Shown here one piece after another: positions 1 to 11,347 of a stretch of 64,000 nt of DNA (its first letter is position 1; each line of letters opens with the position of its first letter). The translations under genes and the position numbers were made by a program. This DNA is from Hyphochytrium catenoides (Eukaryota > Protista > Hyphochytriomycota). Below the pieces are notes generated by a model. That model ran no database searches. It was not told where the DNA came from and worked only from the letters and a program-made list of their open reading frames with translations. The DNA is taken from positions 2,608-66,607 of the forward strand of contig FLMG01000171.1 of NCBI GenBank assembly GCA_900088475.1. The letters run 5' to 3'.

Positions 1-222
1 CCTATTCGTGATAGACAAGAGTCCAACTCTCCTTCTACTGCGCCAGCGTCTCCTGCTCCGATGGATGAAGTAAGAGTTACACCTGCACCCAATCTCTAGC
101 CAATTGTCTTTTACTAACAATTGGTCGATAACCTTCCGTGTATCTGTTAGGAACCCGTGCCTCCGAAGCGGGTGTCCCGTTTTAAGGCTCAGCAGCTTCA
201 GAAGCGTCAAGCTCACAGCTGA
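1..222 (+). CDS. 3' end of a URI1/Bud27-like (unconventional prefoldin RPB5 interactor) gene; partial, intron 70-150
   Basis: Last exon reads EPVPPKRVSRFKAQQLQKRQAHS*. KRVSRFKA resembles the conserved URI1/Bud27 C-terminal motif. GTAAGA...TTAG intron with a ctaac branch point. Confidence 0.55.
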
Positions 223-1374
223 GATTTTACAATCCTAGCCTCTCGTCTCCTGTCAGGGCAATAGATGCTTCCCCTCTTTGCTTAACCCCTCTTTACCGAC
301 AAGAGATAGGAGAGCTATCGTGTTTGGAAAGGAAACACATAGGACAACAAGCAAAAACGAAGGAGGGCCGGAGTGGGGTGAGCGAGAGAGAAGAGAGAAG
401 AAGCAATGGACCAGTAAAGCAAGCCTGTCAGTCCGTGTATAGGGCGTCAACCGCAGTAATGGCTAAGAGTCTATGCGCTGCCAAGGATGGAAGCCTGGGC
501 ACGAGTGATTTATGTTGATGTCATCAGCGGAAGGGTCTAAATAGTTCTATTCCTCGAGCTGATATCCCTATCTTCGTATAATACACTCGCCCACGTCTAA
601 CGCGGTCTCCGAGCGCTAAGACATGCAGCGGCGGCCCTTTCACTTCAATTCGTGCGGGCAATGGCACCTCTCCCCCCACTGCCATAAGAAAAAGACGCGA
701 TCCTCAAGAGCAAGGTGTCTGCTTCAGGTAGCTATGTCTCCAGTTGTCCTGACAGTGGAGGGCAGTAACAGGCGCCCCTGCGCTTCAATGATTAGTCACG
801 CGGTTGTCCGGGAAGCCAGAGGCAGCCACGAGCACATTCTCCTGAATCCTCAGGTGCTGGTGCTGTCTGTCTGTCTGGCCGCCTGTCTGACCTTTCAACA
901 AGAGACAGAGCAAGATCATTCCCCTTACTCCTGGAGGAGCTCTGGACCTTATCTAAGAGTACAATAGGATCAGAGGGAGGAAGCATTTGTTGAAGATCAA
1001 GGAAGGTGGAAGTGAGCTGTTGACGGAGAGGAGAGCTGAGGCGCTAGGACAGCTGAGGCGCTAAGCGATAGCGGCAAGAGCGAGGCAGGAGCCAGCAGAA
1101 GGAATAAGAGAGAAAGGATTCTGCGCGCTGGGTGTGCTCTCTTGCACTCTACTAATAGCTGTGACCTTGAGAAGCGGAGAGAAAGCAGAGGCAAGACTCT
1201 GTTCAAGCGCATTGAGACATTCATTGATTGGACTTCACTATGCTTGGCGTCGTGAGGAAGGTTGCACTGACCACCAGGTAGCAAACCTTAAAACGAACAT
1301 CTGGACCGTTCAACCTCTTCTATCCTCTTCTAGTCCCTTACCCTTAGTCTGCCACTTCTCAAGAGTGCTTCCCT

Positions 1375-4300
1375 ATGTTTGGCAGCGCTCCTCGGAGCAA
1401 TGGCGCTTTCCGCATTGGCACGAGAGCTTTCTCCTCGTCATCCGCACTGGGAGAGGGAGAGGGAAAGCTGAACAAGTGGAGCTCAAAGATCACTCAACCC
1501 AAGGCCCAAGGAGCTTCACAGGCGATGCTCTACGCCACAGGACTATCCGAGGCTGACATGAGTGCGTTCTTCTCCTACTTGACCTCTACTCTAGCTCTCT
1601 AGTTGTTGGAAACCTTCAATTACTATCTGTTCGCCTCAAAGCGATATTCTATGGATGCGTTGGCCCCGTCTCCACCTGCTCTGCTGCCATAGCTGGTGAT
1701 AAAGGCTATAGTATGCTCTTTTGATAGACGTGGCTCTAGTATGTTACTTTCTTGGAATTGCTCATTCACTACTTCTAGACAAGGCGCAGGTGGGCATCGC
1801 TAGTGTCTGGTGGGAGGGCAATCCTTGCAACATGCATCTTCTGGACCTCTCTGGGCGTGTCAAGCAGAGTGTGCAGCAGGCGGGACTCATTGGGTACAGG
1901 TTCAACACAGTGGGAGTCAGTGACGGCATCAGCATGGGGACTAGGGGAATGAGCTACTCTTTACAGGTTGGCAGCATCAAGTATCTATCTTCCATAGTGC
2001 AACGATTCTTAAGAGTCCATGTTCTCTTCTTGTCCAAGTCGCCATCTCCCGTAACCTCATATCTACTTCCTCCGCTATCACCTCTTCCCTATGTGTTGGG
2101 TTCCTACTCGCTCGTCTCTCTCGTAAGAGGGAATGAGGACGTGGGCCTCTGGCCTGCAGTGTCCCCCATGTCCACGTAACTTAAAAACTTAGACTTCTTC
2201 TGCGTCTAACGGACTGTCTCTTCTTCCTCTATCCTTGCATCTCCATCTCTCCTCCGCAGTCCCGAGAGATAATAGCCGACTCCATCGAGACAGTAATGGG
2301 CGGCCAGTGGTATGACGGCCTAATCTGTATTCCGGGCTGCGATAAGAATATGCCCGGCTGCGTTATCGCCATGGCTCGGGTAAATCGTCCATCGATCGTG
2401 GTGTACGGTGGCACAATCAAGCCTGGTTGCGACAGCAAGGGAAAGACGCTAGACATTGTGTCGGCGTTCCAGAGCTATGGTGAATATATTGCAGGGAGGT
2501 ACGGACGAGATTTCATTTTTACCTGCTAGCAACAGTTCTGAGCGTCCAAGGGTGGGATTCTTTTTCAGTAGAGCACTTGCTTTCTTTTTGGTTTGTCTGG
2601 CATCTGTGTGCCATGTCGTTTAGGATGTTTCGCTGATGTAGGGCGACCTGGAGCCCATAGTCTATCATTCTCCTCCTTGATGCAATGCTTCCATCACCTC
2701 TCCACTACCTAACACCAATGCTCCCACAAATACTAGAATCACAGAGGAGGAGCGGCAGGACATCGTTCGCCATGCTTGTCCTGGTGCCGGAGCCTGTGGG
2801 GGCATGTACACGGCAAACACGATGAGCTCCGCCATCGAGGCGATGGGTCTCTCTCTTCCGTACAGTAGCAGTGCCCCAGCGGTCGATATGGATAAAGAGG
2901 AAGAATGTGAAAGAGTAGGAAAGGCAATCAAGAACATTCTGGAGAAGGACATCAAACCCTCGGATATTATGACCCGAGAGGCTTTTGAAAATGCGATGGT
3001 ATGCCCGCCTCGGCCTCGGGCTCATCAACTCAAACTGAGTGCCCCTCCCGTGTTTACATGATATAAGCTTGACCAAGGGCTGACTCATTATGAGGCCAGA
3101 GTCTCAGGCCCTTATAGTCTTGTGTCTTCTCAGTAGCTTGCCCTTTCTCATTACGATATGGCCCATTTCTATCTGGTTCTGTAGGTCCTAACGATGGCGC
3201 TGGGCGGCTCTACCAACGCTGTATTGCATCTGCTTGCTATGGCAAAGGCTGTCAACGTCCCGCTAACCATTGATGATTTCCAAGAGGTTAGCAACCGTGT
3301 GCCATTCATCGCAGACCTCAAGCCTAGCGGGATGTATGTCATGGAGGATCTGCACCGGTATGTCACTTAGTGAAAGTAGAAAGCGTTAAGACTGTTTGGT
3401 CTCGGAGTTCTATATTCACTATGTTTACCTGTAGTGTGCCAAGCGCACTCTTTGCTTGCAGCTTTCGGTCTCGAACCAAACTAAGAAACCTCCGCACTTT
3501 CGTCCTCTCCCACCAGCGACGGAGGCACGCCTGCCGTGATGAAGTATCTTCTCGAGGAAGGATTCCTCCATGGTGATTGCATAACTGTCACTGGGCACAC
3601 TGTAGCAGAGAACCTGGCGTCTGTTCCGCCACTGAAGTCGCGGAAGATCATCCACGAACTCAAGAACCCCATCAAGCCTACTGGACACATTGCCATTCTC
3701 AAGGTTAGACATTCAAGAGATAGAGCCAAGGATAAAAGACGATTGAGATCTTGCTTTGGACGACGGATTGAGCTTGGCCGAAAATTTAACTTCATTCTTG
3801 TCTTAGGGCTCTCTGGCTCCAGATGGCGCTGTAGCTAAGATTACAGGGAAGGAGGGCCTTAGATTTGAAGGGCCAGCGAAAGTGTTTGACTGTGAAGAAG
3901 ACATGCTGAAGGGTTTGGAACAGGGCGAGATCAAGAAGGGCCAGGTCATCATTATCAGATACGAGGGACCTAAGGGAGGTCCTGGGATGCCTGAGATGCG
4001 TAAGTGCATTTCCCTTCGATTCGATGTCTAGTCGGTCTTCTTTATTGTGGGCCCGTCGCTACTAAGTCAAAACGTGAGGGATGTGACTAGAGATGAGAAG
4101 AAATGAGAGATTAAGAGCTGGAGCTGGGAAGATAAGTGCGAGCTGTCCTAGGAGTATGACGTCTGGACGAAGAGACAAAGTGCGCAGACGGTCGCTAACG
4201 CTCACTTCTAGTGACGCCAACCTCCGCCATCATGGGGGCTGGTCTAGGCAAGGATGTCGCCCTGTTGACTGATGGGCGCTTCTCAGGAGGATCTCACGGT

Positions 4301-4703
4301 AAAGCCATCCCCCCATGTGACTGACTTCGGCCGTTTAAGGACCTCTTTTCATCCCCGCTCCTTTTGAGTCCTCGGGCATCATTCACTCATCTTTCATTTA
4401 TATAACGCCTCTCCTATGGCATCTGCTTTGGTGGTCCTCTAAGCCCCTCCTGTCATAGGATTCATCATCGGCCATGTGACCCCTGAAGCGCAAGAAGGCG
4501 GGCCTATCGCCTTTGTGAAGGACGGAGATAACGTCATTATCGACGCAGAGACGAACCGGATTGACGTCGAGATCAGTGCGGATGAATTAAAGAAGAGAAG
4601 GGCGAAGTGGACTCCTCCGCCTCTGAAGGCTACCAGAGGAACTCTGTACAAGTTTATCAAGAATGTGAGCTCAGCTTCCGAGGGCTGTGTAACCGATGCT
4701 TAA
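1375..4703 (+). CDS. ILV3: Dihydroxy-acid dehydratase (IlvD/Edd family), predicted mitochondrial; 9 exons (1375-1561, 1779-1966, 2260-2498, 2737-2998, 3185-3357, 3517-3703, 3807-3999, 4212-4298, 4459-4703)
   Basis: Motifs [79 protein letters not shown] and [10 protein letters not shown]. All exons join in frame through GT-AG introns. N-terminal ...[10 protein letters not shown] presequence. Confidence 0.96.
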
Positions 4704-4945
4704 GATAGAGAACTAGAGCTCCAAGAAGGCAAAACGTTGAAAGAGACAAGACAGAAATATAGAGGGCAGTTCACTCTGCTGGAGGTCGGGGCATTCTCTG
4801 TGCTATTTCTCGACCGGACCATCTGCAGCAGCGAAGAAGAATAAATGGTGCTTCTGGACGAGAATACGGGTCCATTGGTCTATTAGTAACTAAAATAGAT
4901 GCCCCTAATATTCCAGTAAGTATAACATAACAACACAGCGTAGCC

Positions 4946-7831
4946 TCATGATGACCCTCGATCTCTGCTACCATCCTGATCCTGCAGAAAGACGTGGGTA
5001 AGCTGTAAGAAACCAAGAGAATAAGCGACACGATCTCTCTAAAGCCGGTAATTAGCAAGAAGAGGACCAACTTCGACCATAGCAGGACGATGAAGAGTGT
5101 GGCCATGAGAATTTCATACCTTATCTCCCGCATAAAACTCAGCGTCATGCTCTCTCTGTTTATGCCTATCTGACTCTATAAGCGAGATGTAACGTGTCAG
5201 AAGTGAAGCACAAGGAATGGGCTAGGTAGGGGTTGTGAAGTTTACTAATGGACGCTAAGGAGCTATGGAGGGCAACAAAAGGGGAGGTCCGACAGCCCGG
5301 GATACATACTTTCCGATCTATCGTCTGGATTCTTTTTATCTTCATCTTCCTCAGCAATCATAGCGTCTGGGGGTACCTGGAGACGGACGAGGATGAATAA
5401 TGGATCAGCTGATTTGTGCCAGTGTACCTCTCCACAGTAGTTACACTTTACCATCTGCATCTGCACACTAGGCGCTCCCTGGAGACATCTTAAGTTCTCA
5501 AATATCTTCACTCTGTGCGCCATACGAGCCAAGCAAGACAAGAAATATGTTAAGGAAACTGCTACGTAGGCGTCAAAGGGTCGGGTTGCATGCGTGTCAA
5601 TCCAGCCCAGCGAATAAAGGAGGACTAAGGCCAAAGAAGGAAAGGCTAACATCTCCATCTCTAGTGGTCTCACTTCTGTTTCTCTAGGTACTCTTTGACA
5701 TTCAAATTCTCGACATTGGCGGGTTGTAAATGTAGTTTAAAGTCCGGTGAGTAGTACTCAAAGTAATCGTTGTAGGGAATGTCGTCGCTAAGAGTAGAAG
5801 AAGCACCTAAGTTAGTCCCAATGACGGAACATTGATCACAAAAACAAGTGCGCAGCCAGACGTCCACCGTAGGAGCACAAGCATTAGGTTCGTAGATAAC
5901 TCTTCTCTGTAAACGTGAAGGAATGAGAAAGAGTCAAGAAGCTCTACCTGATGGGCGTGTTTAACAGCACGGAAGTCTCATAAGCCCAGCAACGCGCAAC
6001 GTTACGTATGGTGTAGCCGCCTCCACCCAACACCAGCAAAGGAAGCCCGAAGCTCTTTACGAACTTCACTGCTTCAGCGTGACCTTTCGGGATAAGGGGA
6101 GTGGGAAGAATTTAGACGGGGAGCAAGGCTTGGTTTGGAGGCGTGGCACTTACCCTTTAGCGTAAGGTTGAAGCATCCTAACCGGTCTCCAGTCAGCGAG
6201 TCGGCTCCACACTGGAGAACGACGGCATTGGGCTGGAAAACGTCCATAACTTTGGATATTACCTGAGAAATGTGTACAAGGAAGAGCAGAGATGACCACA
6301 GAGAAGGACAACCACCGCAGAAGTTATCAAGCGAAAACATGCCAGCATTATTTGTTATAAGTGAATAGGACGGAGGGAAAGAGTGTGGAAGGTGAGATAG
6401 AGAGCCCTACTGCGCAATGAATGCTCGTAGGCTAGCAAAGGTGCAGCCCAACAGGGTGATAGGACTTACTGGCTTGAAGATGCTCTGAAAAGACTTGTCG
6501 TCCATTCCCTCCAACAGTGGGCAGTTCACTGCGTAGTACTTGCCTTTCTTTGCGCCAACATCCTACAAAGAAGATTCTTTAGGGCATCATTATCACCACC
6601 AAAGTGGCCCCTTCCACACTCCGCTGCCTCCTATTAACCATGCCCGGCGCTCGTATGGACGGTCCTCTCTATTTAGTGATATCTGCCTCTCCTACGCGCC
6701 TCTAAAGGGGTCCAGCCTCATTAATCCTTTTGCAGTTCTTGATCACGCACCTTGACATCTCCAGTGCCTGGGAAGAAGTCGCCAAACTGAAAGAAAATAG
6801 AGATTATTGGGTTAATGCCGGTCTCAGAAATTAGAGCCTTAGCCCATCGCCCTGCACCTTATCTCACCCACCTTGTGAAAAGAAACTGTCATTACTCTGT
6901 CCGTCACATAGAAAGCTTCCTCTACACCATCGCCATGGTGGATATCGATGTCAATGTAAAGCACTCTCGCATGGTACTTCAAGAGCTCAAGAATGGCCAG
7001 CACTATGTCATTGACGTAACAAAACCCTGAGGCCTCGCATTTCTTGGCGTGATGTAACCCTCCGGACCAGTTTATGCAGATGTCAGCCAGCCCATGATTC
7101 AGCTTGACAGCGCCATCTATAAGGTGTGAACGGGGAACATCGTAAGGATAAGAGCTATGACGGCCCCTAATCCACATCCTTCATGGCAATCTCAAGCCAG
7201 AGTTCCTACCCCTTTCCCTACAACCCGAATATATGTCAGCTTCCATACTACGCTCCAAGTTCTCCTCAGCTCATTTCTCCCAAGAGTCCACTAACCTATA
7301 GACGCTCCTGTGTACGTCTGGCAAAACTCAAACAGTCCATCAAAAACTGGACAGTCGGTATATTCTCCAATGTTGACTGTGCAGAGATGTGTCATTGGTC
7401 TGATAAAGAACGAAAATGACAGGCAAACGACGCCACGTACACTTTTGCATTTTGTCTTGAAACTCTTTCATTGTGTCTGGGCTTATCTTCTCTAGAAACC
7501 GGATGTAATCTTCTGAGTGGAACTTTGTCATCTCTTCTGCGGTCGCTGCATGAGACCGCTGTGACCACCGAAAGAGTCAAAGACTTGTCTGATTGAGCAG
7601 AGTAAGCGTCCCCAAACACTTACATAAACTTCCATTTTTCTATAGAGTCCATAAGTGAGAAGCAGATGGTGTGTCAACTTCAGTCGATGCGGTTTCATGG
7701 GGTGGCCGGGGCCATAGTAGTAGTTTCCGACATCGCCTAGGGGTTCCAATGTTAGTTGTCAAGACCGAGCTACTATCCCGGAGAGCACGTTACAAACCTT
7801 GATAAAAATAGGCCACTCTTTGCTTGCTCAT
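4946..7831 (-). CDS. Class I histone deacetylase (RPD3/HDAC1-3 family, HDAC3-like C-terminus), multi-exon
   Basis: [78 protein letters not shown]; C-terminal [11 protein letters not shown]. Confidence 0.95.
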
Positions 7832-8681
7832 CCTTTTATCCTATAATTTAGGTTATGAATCGGGCAACTATGGGCTAAGTGCGGAAGCAGACAACACTAG
7901 TCGAGTACATGCACCGCCCAGGGACCTAACGAGAGGTAATCTTCCTTGACTGCAGTCCAGAAAGGCCTTCGAACCTTCGGACCTGACTAGCCTCTGTCAC
8001 AGTTGCTGTTGGCTAGTACACTTAGCAGCCCATACCTCCAGAACAAACCCGCTGTAGATATAAACAAGCGAGGAACTAGTGTCCTACTGATGATCGATGC
8101 TTCATCATCAATGAGAGTCTCTAGACGGTCATCAAACCGCTGGACAAATCCAGGTCTTCTGCAGACCGATGCTGCCATGCCGCCATCTCCATCTGCAATT
8201 TTGGAGGGAAGAAAGTGATTAATCTCTGTAGCTTCAATAGTTACCGAGAAACTCTATAAAATCAGTAATCAAATAAATGATAACCGAATCGTTGATAACC
8301 AACGCTCCTCCGACAAGGCCGTTACAACGAAGTCATCATCTCATTCCTTTCGTGCTGTCCTCAGCTGGCTCTGGACAGCTCCTCCCTGTCGGCAGCAGTG
8401 AGGCGACAGGCGCTCACCGTCATAAGAAGACCTATAATAATGGTCATCAAGATCAGCTCTACCATTGAATGCAAAGCAGCAATCCTCTTGGTAACCATCA
8501 TTTTGCCCTGTTGAGAGCCTTGTGTGCACTCGGCCAGCTATCCGACTGCAGGTGAAGATCAAGAGCTTTGTCCTACTGACAATTGGCCCGCCAGCCAGTT
8601 GACCCAGTGCAGAGCCAATGATCTTTCGAAAGGTAGTTTAGGGAAAGGAAGAGACCGATTAGAAGCGGGCTGCGAGGCCCG

Positions 8682-10962
8682 ATGGAGTCTTCGGAGCAGG
8701 GCTTAAGAGAAGAGCTCGTCCCTGGTAGCGGCGTGTATCGGGGAACGACCCTTGTGAAGGACTTTGAGGGACACGGACGATTTCGTGGTATTATTACTTC
8801 GTACTGCGCGCCTTTCTTTCGGGTGGAGTATCCAGAAGATGGGGATGTTGAAGACTTGGAGCTGCAGGATGTGCTCGCACTGCTGGTGGGAGGAGAGCAG
8901 CGCCGGGACGTTGAACAAAGAGCCGAGGGAACCCTCCACTATGAGGAAAGGGTGGATCCACCAGCGCTCGCGGAGAAGAATCAGGTGGAGGTGGATAAGC
9001 TGCAACTGCTTAAAAAAGAAGAACCTGGACAGGCTGAGGGGTACGAGTACGAGGAGGACTATTTTGAGGAGAATACCTCAGAAACGGGGGATAAGGAGGG
9101 ATCTACACCATTTCCCTCCAACCCACTCAGCGGTGGCTCTTTAGCTCAGGATCCTCATGAACGACAAAATGAACCGGTTCAGATAGAGCTGAGTGAAGGG
9201 GAGAATGTTCATTGTGGCAGGACGGTGGAACCCACGAATTACTCCGAGGCCTGCAGATCGGAAGCTGGAACAAGTGAACCAAGCCATCGTACATCGACAA
9301 ACGGGCCCTCCCATTCTCTTCCCCTCTTCGGCTCTGTCAAGATGGACAACATAGCCTTAGGAGAGACAGCGAAGCCACTTCCATCTCCTCCAAAGCCTGC
9401 GCAAGCATCTGAGCAGCTTCAAGACCTTCTCCATTCCCTATTTCCTCAGTCATCTAGTGTGCCGAAGCAACGGAAGGTGTATCACACTTCGCCAGGACGG
9501 AGCATGCCTCCAGCTCTTCCGCCTAGTCCAAAGAGGGAGCCCATGTCCCACCTGAAAGTGGGAAAAGAGCGCGGGCGGCCCAAAGCAAACCCCGAGAAAG
9601 ATCTGTACGTTAATGTGTCCTGCTTCGTTGCTATATCAGGGGCTTTTCTGAGACTCAGGTGTCATGGCATCTTCTTCTTCGCTTCCTCTGTTTCTTTCCC
9701 TTAATCAACTCTATCAGGCTGTCCTGCCGTCTGTCTTTCTGACGCTATCTCTTCTCTAGGCCCAGCTTCGATAAGGTGGAGCCCCGTCCTCCATCCTTCC
9801 CCGCGCTTATCGTTCCTGGTGGACAGGAGGACTGGAAGGCTAGAATGAATGTTCATCGGGCACCGCGTAGCCCACCCCCAAAGAACAAAGAAGTCTCCAA
9901 GCCCAGCCATCAGCCCCATAAGCTTGCTGAGGGAAACGTCGCGGAGGAGGAATTAGCTGGAGGGCCGGATGAGACGACAAATCCGAACCAATCAGGAAAT
10001 AAGAAACAAGATCTTGGCGGCCCTACTCTTCTTTCTCTGCGGTACCCTGGGAAGCTACATGAGAGCACCTTGATGGTGTTAGAGAAAGTGGCGGACTATA
10101 TGGACAGACACCACATCCGCCTAATCGACCTATTCAATGGCTCAGAGCACTTCGCTTCCACTTCCCTTAGTGCTCAGGAGTTTAGAAGGCAGCTGAGGTT
10201 GCGCATCGGTCTTCATCTCTCCATGAGAGAGGTGAGACGCTTCCCCTTCAATGCACCTTGTCCTTAAAGAGTCCTTTTATCTTTTCCTTTTACCATTCTC
10301 ACGGTTCCTGAGGAGGGAGGATCAACACGATAACCGTCATCACTTCTAAGATGAGTTTTTGGTCCCATCCTTGCCTTACGCAGGTGTATGAGATAGTCCA
10401 GCTGTTAGACACTAATGGAGACGGAGATGTTGAGATGAAGGAGCTGGAGGTAAGTCAAACACCGACATACCTAGGGTAGGCAAGACATTATTAAGCTTCT
10501 GATGGAAACGACACAAGGAAGCTGCCTAAGACATGCATTAGAGTGGTCTTATTAGTTCTTGGTCTTTCCCACAAGCAACTTCCTTCCTTTGGTGTCGTAG
10601 CTGCCTCTCGTGTCACTCACTCATAATGCCTACTTAGTCTGACGCGTTCACTGTCTCAGATCGCTGTTCGAGAGATGCGCCGTAGAGCGAACGGTCGTGA
10701 GCAGATGAGCTCATTCCAGCAGCTAGCATACGACAGCTTGCAGCAGAAAGTCAGTCGAAAGTATGAGCTTATCTTGGGAATGTGCCAGACACTTTGCGAT
10801 GAGAACGGGGCCTTCGATGTCCAATCCTTCCAAAAAGGTCTAAAGACGTGCGGTGCCGGTCTCTCAGACAGGGAAATCAAGGCGTTCACCAAAATGCTGG
10901 ACCCAGCGCACAAAGGCCTGATTGAGCTGAACACCATTAAAAACTGCGTTGTCTTTAGATGA
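8682..10962 (+). CDS. Hypothetical protein: N-terminal Tudor-like domain, long disordered linker, C-terminal EF-hands (exons approx. 8682-9604, 9760-10231, 10384-10449, 10660-10962)
   Basis: 340-aa first ORF; canonical EF loop LDTNGDGDVEMKELE; degenerate loops DENGAFDVQSF and LDPAHKGLIE. The 3' end is uncertain. Confidence 0.7.
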
Positions 10963-11347
10963 CAGTGGATGCCACTGTCCTCTCCATCGCCCCTTGCTTG
11001 TTTGTTTCCTATTTATTTGCTATTGCAATGTCTGGCGGCACTCTCTTTCCTTACTCCATAGCAGCTTCCGCAGACCAACGCTCGAAATAGATTCTTTTGA
11101 AAGCCCCCACCAAGGCTTTACAGAGCCTACGCCAACAGTCACTTTGACTTCGCGTGCCGTCTGCTCTGATAGTACGGCGATTTGCCCGCATCAGATCCAG
11201 TTGAGGAGAGGAGCAAAAGTGCGGCCCCTTTTCCCTCCACCTGGAACACTTGTATAGAGACCAGCCCATGGCACAGGACAGGCTAGTTAGCTTGATATAT
11301 TGAAAAATACATAGTTCCTCATCTTTGTTCTTTCCTATACCTCTTTC

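Noticed and set aside
1034-1063. Short direct repeat gctgaggcgcta x2 and AG-rich tract upstream of ILV3
   Set aside because: Two copies only, with no terminal repeats or target-site duplication.
1375-4703. ILV3 as the sugar-acid dehydratase partner of the Dgo fusion (a metabolic cluster)
   Set aside because: It looks like an ordinary eukaryotic branched-chain DHAD and lies more than 20 kb away behind unrelated housekeeping genes.
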